Shown one piece after another: positions 1-10,856 of a DNA stretch of 64,000 nt (positions are counted from its first letter, which is position 1; each line of letters starts with the position of its first letter). Below the pieces are notes generated by a model. That model worked only from the letters and a program-made list of their open reading frames with translations, did not search any database and was not told where the DNA came from. The position numbers and the translations under genes were made by a program. Source of the stretch: Octopus sinensis (taxonomy: Eukaryota); the NCBI RefSeq assembly GCF_006345805.1, contig NC_042998.1, positions 11,098,001 to 11,162,000 on the forward strand. The letters run 5' to 3'.

Positions 1-300
1 TAGCGAGATAAGAAAATTACTTCCCAAACGAATGATTTCGTGTTCAGTACTACTGAACAATATAATCTCTAAAATCATTGATATATATTTTGAAATCACA
101 GAAACGTATAGAAATATTGTTAAAGCGACAATGAACAACAGATTTGTTCAATAAAACATCCGCAGGTTAGTTTGATAAATCGCCATACAGAACCGATTGA
201 ATGATCACAGAAATTATATGTAATAAAAATATCCCTTAGGCTGATTTGCAATTAACCTTAAACACCATGTGAGGAGAAATTGAAATGTAGGTATCAAAGT

Positions 301-558
<258 letters not shown>

Positions 559-1170
559 AGTACAGGACACCACAAATAAACGTAGAACTCAACGAGAAAC
601 GAAAACATAAAAACAAACTAGGAAACGTACTTTTTTTAACAACGAAAAAACATAGTACAAGACAAACAATACAAGGAAAATTCCCCTTCATCAGCTGTCC
701 CTGGTTCGACTCAACGTGTGTTTCGAAGGTAAGGACAGAACACGATCTGATCGAACTAGTCCTTCCTGCAAAAGAATTAAATAAAATTCCTTTGCAGAGG
801 GGTAAAAACAAGGAAAGAAAAAATGTGACAAGAACAGGACGTAAAAGCAATACAAATAAAAATACAAATACAAATAAAATACAGTACACATGAAGCATAA
901 AAACAGGACAATGAAACCAGCATTGAGGGCTTTTTTAAGCCTAGACGATGGAAAAATTCGGAGCGCAAGAAAAAGTCGTGTTGACTTGTAGAAAGCTGCG
1001 AGTGAAAGGAAGTTGATAGTCCACTTGGCAGTGAGAGAGATGAGGAGGAGTGAGAGAGAGAGAGAGAGAGAGAGGAAAGGAAACCAGAAAGGGTGAAAAA
1101 TAAGAAGGAGAGAGACAGGCAAAGAGGAAGACAGACAGAAAGGAAGGATATATATATAATTAAAGTCAAA
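559..1170 (-). mobile_element. Non-coding PLE-terminal-like repeat (CT-rich 5' part, T-rich part, structured block, 3' end at (TA)n)
   Basis: On the minus strand: pyrimidine tract, T-rich tract, a GC-richer block with CTGATGA (688-694), then (TA)n. Same layout as 16480-17120 and 11170-11640. Family assignment is inference. Confidence 0.35.
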
Positions 1171-1268
1171 ATGAGGGTGAAAAAATTGGATAATAATTTA
1201 ATAACATCAATTTAAATATCAGTGGCCTAGCGTATAAAAAACTGAGATTCAGTAAATATTATTAATAC

Positions 1269-1596
1269 ACAACTATGAGAGAGAATCCACTATGTGGACG
1301 CTCTTACGTCTCTGACCTCGTGTTGGTGTATAGCGTGCAGTTCGACAAATTGTATTTTATGACGTACTCCACCGATGATCCGAGGGTGTTTATGTGGGAA
1401 GAATTACATAATTTATTAACGGTGAAGCAATTGTGTGGGGTTAATCTATATTTTCATTATTTTTCGTTTGTCCTGCTCGCTTGCGTTCTTGGTGTGCTGA
1501 ATTATTTCTTGAGAACAATTCTTAGTGTTTGAGTCCGTTTGCGGATCTATATCTAGCGTAAGAGCGTCCACATAGTGGATTCTCTCTCATAGTTGT
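1269..1596. mobile_element. MITE-like element with perfect 40-bp terminal inverted repeats
   Basis: 1269-1308 (acaactatgagagagaatccactatgtggacgctcttacg) is the exact reverse complement of 1557-1596. Non-coding interior. Right end runs into (TA)n; TSD not clear. Confidence 0.75.
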
Positions 1597-1601
1597 ATAT
1601 A

Positions 1602-1641
<40 letters not shown>

Positions 1642-1885
1642 TGCTAATAGCAATTAAAAGAGAACATAAATCATATTTCGAAGAAAATACAGCATAAATA
1701 GAAAATCTTCAACAGTCAGTGATAATATATAAAGTTAATTATTTATTTTAATCAGGTGAAGTCTAGCTTCTGTAAATAGCATGGTTGTTCTTTCATTCAC
1801 AAAATACAAGAATCTCTCATACATTTGGTACAGCCATCCGTATATATATATATATATATATATATAATTATATATATATATATAT

Positions 1886-2165
1886 AGTCAGTAAAAAAGG
1901 GGTAGAATTAATTAATTGTTAATCAATTCGACCAAGCAGTATTCGGTATGTAAAAAGACCATTTACGGTATATTTGAAGTATTAATTTATAAAAATATGG
2001 TAAAGTAAAAAAATTCACTTTACCACACACCAAACTTTTCAGAAATAGCAGCCAAAAATTTGTCTATTTCTTCAACTGCAAATAAAAGTCTCCAGACAAT
2101 GCATACTCAGAAAATAACTCACATAGGTATAAGGGAAAAACCATGAAAGATCACATCCATATAAG
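1886..2165 (-). mobile_element. PLE terminal-repeat (pLTR)-like fragment, inverted partner of 2411-2588
   Basis: 1988-2165 is the reverse complement of 2411-2588 (2 mismatches seen). That partner follows a hammerhead motif. The 3' end abuts (TA)n. Confidence 0.55.
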
Positions 2166-2345
2166 TATTTTAAACATCTTGGTTTCTCGTCGGATATACG
2201 GCAATACACATGGAGCTCTATATATTGGTTATTTGTTGTAGAATTTCTTTTAAGTCGCTTGCGTGTTCGTGTCTGCTATATATAAAGGTATGAGAAGGCG
2301 CGTGGCTTAGTGGTTAGTATTTTCAAATCTAAATCAGAAGAAATC

Positions 2346-2407
2346 TCTGAGCTGATGAAGGAAAAGTGGAGTTTAACCCACGAATCCAGAAACAGGCTGT
2401 CCTCGGG
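2346..2407 (+). ncRNA. Type I hammerhead ribozyme motif
   Basis: Stem I tctgag(2346-51)/ctcggg(2402-07); CTGATGA 2352-58; stem II gga/tcc extended by a gtgg/ccac hairpin; GAAA 2389-92; short stem III acag-g-ctgt; GTC cleavage triplet 2399-2401. The first stem II position is an A-A mismatch. Confidence 0.7.
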
Positions 2408-2578
2408 TATCTTATATGGATGTGATCTTTCATGGTTTTTCCCTTATACCTATGTGAGTTATTTTCTGAGTATGCATTGTCTGGAGACTTTTATTTGCAG
2501 TTGAAGAAATAGCCAAATTTTTGGCTGCTATTTCTGAAAAGTTCGGTGTGTGGTAAAGTGAATTTTTTTACTTTACCA

Positions 2579-2649
<71 letters not shown>

Positions 2650-2716
2650 CGTGAGTGCGCGCGTGCTTATGTTCCTAACACACATACACTCACAGACATG
2701 TATGTATATATGTATA

Positions 2717-2788
<72 letters not shown>

Positions 2789-2850
2789 GTTTAAATATTT
2801 GTTGTGCAAGATTTATTGGCTAAACTGGCAATATGACCATTCCGAAATAT

Positions 2851-2911
<61 letters not shown>

Positions 2912-2943
2912 TGTATGTGTATATACATACATACCTTTATATA

Positions 2944-3245
2944 GGAACACTCCGTCGATTACAACGACGAGGTTCCCAGCTTGCTCCTGAAATTAACGTG
3001 CAAGTGGCTGAGCACTCCACAGACACTTGTACCCATATCGTAGTTCTCAGGGAGATTCAACGTGACATAGGTGTGCCAAAGCTGGTCCTTTGAAACACAC
3101 CTAGTTCTTATTTTTGCCAGCTGAGTGAACTGGAACAACATGAAATAAAGTTTCTTGCTCATGAATGCAAAGTGTCGCCTGGAATTGAACTCACGACCTT
3201 ACGATCGTGGTTCTAATGCCCTAACCACTAAGCCACGCGCCTTCT
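2944..3245 (-). mobile_element. tRNA-derived SINE with 14-bp TSD
   Basis: Minus-strand head ggcttagtggttag...gagttcaattcc (A/B boxes). TSD catacctttatata at 2930-2943 and 3246-3259. Confidence 0.9.
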
Positions 3246-3472
3246 CATACCTTTATATATAGCAGACACGAACACGCAAGCGACTTAAAAGAAATTCTAC
3301 AACAAATAGCCAATATATAGAGCTCCATGTGTATTGCCGTATATCCGACGAGAAACCAAGAAGACTCGTAGTACAGTTCATGTATAATTTGTGTTTGTTA
3401 CCGAGCACGTACAGAAAAACGAACCAAACCAGGAAACATAAAGTAATTAGGCATACTATCTTCCGAACTTTT

Positions 3473-3680
3473 TACTCTCTTTTTACTCTATTTTACTTGT
3501 TTCAGTCATTTGACTGTGGCCATGCTGGAGCACCCGCTTTAGTCGAGAAAATCGACCCCGGGACTTATTCTTTGTAAACCTAGTACTTATTCTATCAGTC
3601 TCTTTTGCCGAACCGCTAAGTGACGGGTACGTAAACACACCTGCATCGGTTGTCAAGCAATGCTAGGGGGACAAACACAT

Positions 3681-3719
<39 letters not shown>

Positions 3720-3883
3720 TACGACAGGCTTCTTTCAGTTTCCGTCTACCAAATCTACTCACAAGGCATTGGTCGGCCTGGGGCTATAGCTGAAGACACT
3801 TGCCCAAGATGCCACGCAGTGGGACTGAACCCAGAACCATGTGGTTGGTTAGCAAGCTACTTACCACACAGCCACTCCTGCGC
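3473..3883 (-). mobile_element. tRNA-derived SINE, major family with internal (CA)n(TA)n linker, 13-bp TSD
   Basis: Head ggctgtgtggtaag...ggttcagtcc; tail (aagagtaa)n-like. TSD cttccgaactttt at 3460-3472 and 3884-3896. Homologous copies occur across the window. Confidence 0.92.
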
Positions 3884-3994
3884 CTTCCGAACTTTTCGCT
3901 AACAAAAATGATTATTATGAATAGAATTCAAATTATATATTCAAATTGTATTGTCACATCTTTAGAGACTCTATAAACAGAGGAACCGCTGAAA

Positions 3995-4400
3995 TAAACT
4001 TTTTTAACGCCGTAGCTTTCCATATTCAAAGACCTCATATTTTCAATAGGAACAAAAATCTTGAAAATAGTTCTGTATGCACTAGTACTAAGCGTAAAAA
4101 TAATAATAGTAGTATTTAAAACACAAACATGGACAAACTCAATATCAGAATTAGCAGCTAGAAATATTCTACGCTACAGAAAGCTTTGAAAATTTCAACC
4201 AAGAATCTGCATGCCTTTAACTGTAAAACAGCCACTAATTGTCCCCTTGAAGCTAAATGTCTATTACGCAATATAACATGCAAATGAAATGTCATAAACT
4301 AGCGGAATAGATGCTACAGCGGTTCCCTAAAAAACACGGTTAAATGCCCTTATATTTTGCATAGACATAATTTTGGTTACAAAAAACTTATGTAAAATTA
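3995..4400 (+). pseudogene. Decayed Penelope-like linker/GIY-YIG endonuclease fragment
   Basis: Translations HIFNRNK and FNCKTATNCPLEAKCLLRNI match the IFNRN and CxC..CPLxGKCL motifs of PLE ORFs. Stops and frameshifts present. Confidence 0.6.
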
Positions 4401-4420
4401 TTTAATTGACAAGATATTCG

Positions 4421-4744
4421 GAGACCCCCTTCGGTCACGACACAGACCATGGGATTGCACCTAGAAAGTTACCCTCCAAGACACAAGTCCGGGCGAGGTT
4501 GTTTATGGAAGACCAGCAGTCACCCATGCATACCAGCCTCCCCTCTCCACGCCACCAGTGTTATCCAAGGGAAAGACAAAAGTCGATACAGCTTGGCACC
4601 AGTGACGTCGCAACTCATTTCTACAGCTGAGTGAACTGGAGCAACGTGAAATAAAGTGCCTTGCTCAAGAACACAACACGCAGCCCGGTCCGGGATTCGA
4701 GCTCACAACCTCACGATCGTAAGCTCGACGCTGTAACCACTGAG
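4421..4744 (-). mobile_element. tRNA-derived SINE (second family)
   Basis: Minus-strand head tggttacagcgtcgagcttacgatcgtgaggttgtgagctcgaatcccgg. Shares the cttgagcaag...cactcagctg central domain with 2944-3245 and 20003-20237. Confidence 0.85.
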
Positions 4745-5242
4745 ATATATATAAGATATATATAAATTCTAAACATATATAATATTGAAAAGTTGATCGT
4801 CAAACACCCTACTCTTTCAAAATTTTCTGCTAAATATTGGTATATATACCTGTGTGAATGATTACAGATGTTGATATATTACATACGACATTTATGCAAG
4901 CGTGTTCCTCTGCATGTTTGAATGTGTAGAGAAAGATACATATGTCATTGTATGTATGGGCAGACATGTCGATAGACGTAAGTGTGTATGACTGTGACTG
5001 CAGGTATACATGTGTATGCATGCGTCTATATCGATTCACACGTATTTCCTGTGTATATCTGTTCGTATAATGTCTATAAGTGTATACAGTATTATCGTAA
5101 GTATTGGAGTATTTGTGTAAAATTTTGTGTATATATAAATTTGGACGTGCAGATGTATGCATATATACATACAGCGGTGGTGCCCCAGCATGGCCGCGGC
5201 CTTCGGGCTAAAACATTTTTAAGGATTTAAGGATTTATATAC

Positions 5243-5287
<45 letters not shown>

Positions 5288-5292
5288 TATAC

Positions 5293-5325
<33 letters not shown>

Positions 5326-5992
5326 CATATATATATACATATATATATGTAAAGGGAACTGGTTGCTTCTTTACACTTTTGGGGTGCAACTTGGGTGCAA
5401 CACAATTTCCTTTCTTTTTGTTTCTAGAAACTACCAGTCGCTAACAAAACGCAACTTTAAATATATATATATACGATTCTTTATTCTCTTATTCACAAAA
5501 ATGAATACATACATACATACATACACACTTATGTGTATATGTGTGTGTCTCTTCGTGTGTGTTTGTGAGGGGGGAATACATACACATACGATGACTTGCA
5601 CATTTATTGATACATTCCGTCAGCCAATTTCGCAGTTCATCGTGCATGTGTCGACTTATTACCGGTTGGCAGATATATGAACAGATCATCGAGCAGTTTG
5701 CTCTACAAAATGATGAACAAGATCATCGGCTCTGTTTGGATTCATTGGTCCTGAAAGTGCGCCTAGCTGTCGAAATACAATAATGTCGTAATATTGGTGG
5801 TCCCACATTCCCCTGTATTAATGAACTGAGTGTGGTATGTACACCTACACTTCGTAAGGGAGAATCTGCTTTCCTGTGACAAAAACAACAGTTATTAGCA
5901 TGTTCGAATCTGTTAAAAATATAACAAATGAATATGCAAGTTATAGTTTTGAATCTCGTGGTTCACGGTGCATATGATTACATATGATCTTC

Positions 5993-6068
<76 letters not shown>

Positions 6069-6249
6069 GTAGTTAATCTAAACAAGAAAACACAAAAAAA
6101 CAAAAAAACACATCAACGCGAGGACGTGGAACAAATAAAGTATTATTGGACGCTCAGGAAAGAAGGGAAGAAGGAGGGCTTAACGTTTCGAGCGGAGCTC
6201 TTCGTCGGAAACATAGGAGAAGGAAAGAGCCTGAGAAGGGAAGACAGAG

Positions 6250-6321
<72 letters not shown>

Positions 6322-6490
6322 AGTTAATCCAAACAAGAAAACAAAAACAAAAAAACCCAAGGGCGTGGAACAAATAAGGTATTATTGGACGCTCAGGAAA
6401 GAAGGGAAGAAGGAGGGTTTGACGTTTCGAGCGGAGCTCTTCGTCGGAAACATAGGAGAAGGAAAGATCCCGAGAAGGGAAGACGGGGAA
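6069..6490 (-). mobile_element. Tandem pair of PLE-terminal-like units (family A) with variant hammerhead folds, separated by (TA)n
   Basis: Units 6069-6251 and 6321-6490 are near-identical. Each reads CCGACGA-A-GAGC(tcc)GCTC-GAAA-CGT...TGAGCG-TC on the minus strand. Third copy at 22512-22670. Confidence 0.7.
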
Positions 6491-7049
6491 AAAATCGCTA
6501 GTGATACAGACGCGGTCACATTGAATAATGTTACAATATGGTCTGGTTTCCACAATTTTATTGTATTTATAAAACAATTTTTACAATTAAAAACAATATT
6601 TTGTAATGGTCATAAAGTTCAATGAGTGCTTTCATACATTTGTAGTAATCATCAGATTTCAAAATGTATTCAACTGACAGTTGAGTTATTGACGACTGTA
6701 GTAAAATGACTGACTTCTTCCTTTTTATACTTTTTAGAAGGCTCCGATGAGCTGAATGTTTCGAATACGGTTTTGACCAATCAGCATGCTGCTTAAATGT
6801 CACGATGTGTCGGGTGCACCGATATTACTGGCATAGATCCCACTTTTATTCTAACACATTAGCTTGCGGCTTTATGAGTGAACAAGCTTGGTTTCGATCG
6901 TTTATATTTCAATCGGGGTGAGTCTTCTGTAATTTGTTTATATTCATATGTTAAAGACACTTTTTAATCGTCATCATTAACTGTTGTTATATTATTGTTG
7001 TTATTTCCGTTCAGAACTGGTTTGAACATTTTGATAAAATGTGTTTCTT

Positions 7050-7270
7050 TTATCTTTCTTTCAAGCTCACTTGCGTCACATAGCTTGTGGAAAGGAAAAA
7101 TTAGAAACATGTTCTGATCACAAGTTTCTATATGTTCGCTCAATGGAATTTGGCAAATATTAGTGTTCCGGATTTGTTCTCTGTGAATGATGTAGATGAG
7201 ATCCGGACTACATACGCTAGATACGAGCAGAACTTCGTAAGTGGTGAATATCCAAGTGAGGTGTATGCTG
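7050..7270 (-). pseudogene. Possible decayed GIY-YIG (PLE) fragment
   Basis: Minus frame SSVCSPDLIYIIHREQIRNTNICQIPLSEH loosely resembles C-x-S-x-N-x-IY...YIGQT...EH. Weak match. Confidence 0.3.
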
Positions 7271-7859
7271 CAGGCTACATATTACCATACGCAAGCTTTG
7301 ATCAGAATATGTAGAGAGCCCGGTAAGAGTGGGGAATATAAATGTGGACAGGAAATAGGAACATGAGAAAGAAAACAGAAAAGACTAACAAGAATGAAAT
7401 CATAAGGGAGTGGATGAGTTAAGCAATTTTCAGCAAGGTCATTTCACAGGTAGTTTAAATAGGGCAATTATGACCTAGTCATAGAGATATGTGAGGAGGG
7501 TGGTATTTTGAAAATAACGATAATGTAGGGGTAAGAGGGTGAGGAATCATTTTTGGTCAAGGGGGAGTGAAAAAGCTTGCTTGAATTGATGGGGTATAGA
7601 ATTGAAATTGTAGAGGGACTGGAGAAAATCTGTACTAAATACTAAAAGTTGAGGAATGTATATTGTTCTGTGCGAGCGTGTTCATTGTATGAGAAAGAAA
7701 AGGCGTTTATGGGCGTGTGTACTTGTAAATCTACAAAGGTGGTGGGGTGAATAAGAAGAAAATATGACGAAATAAGAGGAAATAAAGGGTATAAATGGTA
7801 AAGAAAGAAAAAGAGAGTTATAAGCAACATTAAAGTGTTAAAGGGAATATAATAAGAAT

Positions 7860-8037
7860 ATCGTGACGCATATTTGCCATTTGAATATGGCTAACCCCTA
7901 AGGGTGGTTGCTACTGTAGTTTGTAGCCCCAGGAAGATACCTCCTCCAGCTGGCTATAGACACACTTTCTGTGCCCTATCAGTATTTGTGAAGGGAAGTC
8001 ATCCTTCCCGTCTTCAATGGCAAATATGCGTCACGAT
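7860..8037. mobile_element. Small MITE-like element with 22-bp TIRs
   Basis: atcgtgacgcatatttgccatt (7860-7881) is the exact reverse complement of 8016-8037. No clear TSD. Confidence 0.65.
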
Positions 8038-8279
8038 GTGTTACCGCTACTAATTATAACTCGCTCTGAGATTTATCATAATAAGAATATATTGGTGGTT
8101 TAATATTTAGAAGTTGTGAGAGTGAATAAGGGAAAATGTCTAGGAAGGCTAGGCTGAATTTAGGGAATGATGCGGGAGTGGAGGGCTGTTATTTGTACAG
8201 TGAGACTAGCTTGCTTAATTAATGTCTACAGGTACAAATGATGCTGTTGATTTCATTAAGACAATCCATGGCTTGCATA

Positions 8280-8505
8280 ATAGTTAAGACTTCGGTTATG
8301 CAGAGATCAAAGCTGTTATAGCTGCTGTATGGTCTTAGAAATTGGCGGTTTTAAGGCTGTTACAAAAGGAGATACTACGTCCGACGTTTTGAAAAAGCTT
8401 CTTAATCTTTTTCTAGTCCATTCTCTGGTTGTTTGAATTTTGTATTGCGAACAGAGCGTCGTCTCTGTATAGACCACTGGAGATATTTAAAGAACTCTTC
8501 ATGGT
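8280..8505 (-). pseudogene. Penelope-like reverse transcriptase fragment (YRDD motif)
   Basis: Minus frame NISSGLYRDDALFAIQNSNNQRMD*KKIKKLFQNVGRSISFCNSLKTANF*D matches the PLE RT GLYRDD...NFLD region. Confidence 0.75.
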
Positions 8506-8509
8506 GAAC

Positions 8510-8982
8510 ATTATAGTGCATCAATCATATATTTAAACACACACACCCACTAACACACACTCGAGTATACATACATTATATATATATATATCTTTTATTT
8601 TTTATCATTTATTTGTTTCAGTCATCCTGGGGCACCACTTTCAAAAATATTTAGCAGCCCACCAAAATATCATGCAGTTCAATGAGAAATCCTGAGCCCG
8701 CAAGGATACACTCAACGTTTTTGACATCCCTATAAGAACCAGTGACTCTGTCCAAATTATAGGGATGTCAAAAACGTTGAGTGTATCCTTGCGGGCTCAG
8801 GATTTCTCATTGAACTGCATGATATTTTGGTGGGCTGCTAAATATTTTTGAAAGTGGTGCCCCAGGATGACTGAAACAAATAAATGATAAAAAATAAAAG
8901 ATATATATATATATAATGTATGTATACCCGAGTGTGTGTTAGTGGGTGTGTGTGTTTAAATATATGATTGATGCACTATAAT
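8510..8982. repeat. Near-perfect palindrome, 226-bp arms, 21-nt spacer
   Basis: 8510-8735 versus the reverse complement of 8757-8982; one mismatch seen (A8564 opposite C8928). Confidence 0.95.
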
Positions 8983-10461
8983 TGCTGTGCACCAAATTCG
9001 TCTCACACGATATTTGCACCACCGAAGTTATGGTAGATTTCATTTGTACAAAACGTTTCACATTCGCAACAAACCCGGAACTACACGGTTGAAAATCGTA
9101 CTTCTTAAATACACATCCACATTCAATATACTTGTTGAAAAATACGATTCCTGCTGCTAACCTCGGAAGATGTCAAGTGCAATAGTCATATACATACACG
9201 TGACATCTGTTTCACTGACCTCGTTAATCAACAATTACAGAGGCAGGAAAACGTATGCCCAGATATATGTAGATGATGGGAATAGAGGAAGAGGTTGGGA
9301 ATGCAAGGATAGATGACAACTCTATAGTTTGTTATATATTTATTTCAAATGTAATATATTTGAATCTACGATTTGCGCAGTTGAATTATATTTCCTTCTT
9401 TTTATTTATCTACAACTAAGGCCATCTGTCAATCTTACAATTGACTCCTTCTGGTTGTTTTGTTAACTCTACTAGAAGTAAGAAGAGAGGCTCTACGTCG
9501 CCCCTTGATGTACAGCTAGAAATAACAGCTAGATGTCCTCTAAATTATATTCCCTCAACTTACAAACGAAACTCATTGGATAATGTGCTACTGCGTTCTC
9601 TGCTCATAGGGAGAAACGAAATTCTTACGACTGCAATGCGTTTGATTATTGCTAGCAGTAAATTATCCCGCAAATCACTCGCTACAAATTTACACAAAAA
9701 ATAGTATCTCACAAGATATTTGACCAGGCTTCTAAAATGACGGGATTGTAAATGTAGGATTTTCTTTACTCAAAGATCTGCTCTATCAGATTCGAATGAA
9801 ACACAGCATCAAAAACAACAATAAACACAATTACAATTAACTATTTAGAGACGTTCTCAACCGACGTTAAGTAGGTCACCTCTAAGCAAAGAAGGACGTC
9901 TAACCCTCGTCATCAAAAAGGAAGGAATTATTATCAAAATGGGAATTTAACCAGATTTCATAGAAATAAACATTCTACTCCCCTACAGGCACCCACAAGA
10001 CAAAATCAATTTGGAAGTTTTCCTCGAGAAGATTAGTGTAAAATGCAGACTGTTCCACAACGGAATCATTTTGAAATTGTACTAGTGAACAATTTACTAG
10101 AAACCAAATGCATGATGAAAGATTTTAAATGCATCTATCAATTCAAATTAACTTCATGAATCTATGTACATATAAATGCATACACACACATATACCTACA
10201 CAATTGCACTTCTACAAACGTGAATATTTAGCTGTCACAAGGAATGTATAAGTATGCATATAACAAATTCCTCTCAAAAAGAGTTGGTCTACTCTAGAGG
10301 ATAAGGTAGAACGCACTTGTCTGGGTAATACACAATGTTATGGAACATGGAACTATTTTGAAATTATGAGATTGGTAATAAAACAATTACAATAGTTGTG
10401 GATTCATTTTCACCATAACCATATACATATATTTTAATATTTATTTTTACATTATTAGAAA

Positions 10462-10856
10462 CTAGCAGTATCGCCCGGCGTTGCTCGGGTTTGTAAGGGA
10501 AATAACTATATAAGCATTTTTAGAGATGTAAAGTATAATAGCCATCTCAATATGGCTAACCACAAAGGGGGGTGTTACTGTAGCTTTTTACGTTCTGAAA
10601 TTTAATAATAAATTTTTAGAGAGTTACTTCCCTTATATATGCCAAAAATGGATTGAAAATGGGAAAAATTGATGGTAATTTTTTTTTTAAATCGTAGACT
10701 CATCGTAGACGCGCGCTAATACCCAGAAGGGCTCGATATGAATCACGACTATAAGATACCCGGTTTTGGTTAAACTGCACCGCAAAATGTGGGAGTAGTT
10801 AGGAATCTAAATCGTAGGAGACAGACAGCACACAACCTTACTTTTATATATAAAGA
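10462..10856 (-). mobile_element. Non-autonomous Helitron
   Basis: Minus strand starts TC(TTTATATATAAAAG) and ends with a CCCGAGCAACGCCGGG hairpin, then ...CTAG. Inserted between A and T, which are canonical Helitron termini. Confidence 0.85.

Noticed and set aside
670-745. Type II hammerhead on the minus strand (GAAA...GTC...CTGATGA)
   Set aside because: Core words are present, but stem I does not pair after the GTC and stem III has a mismatch.
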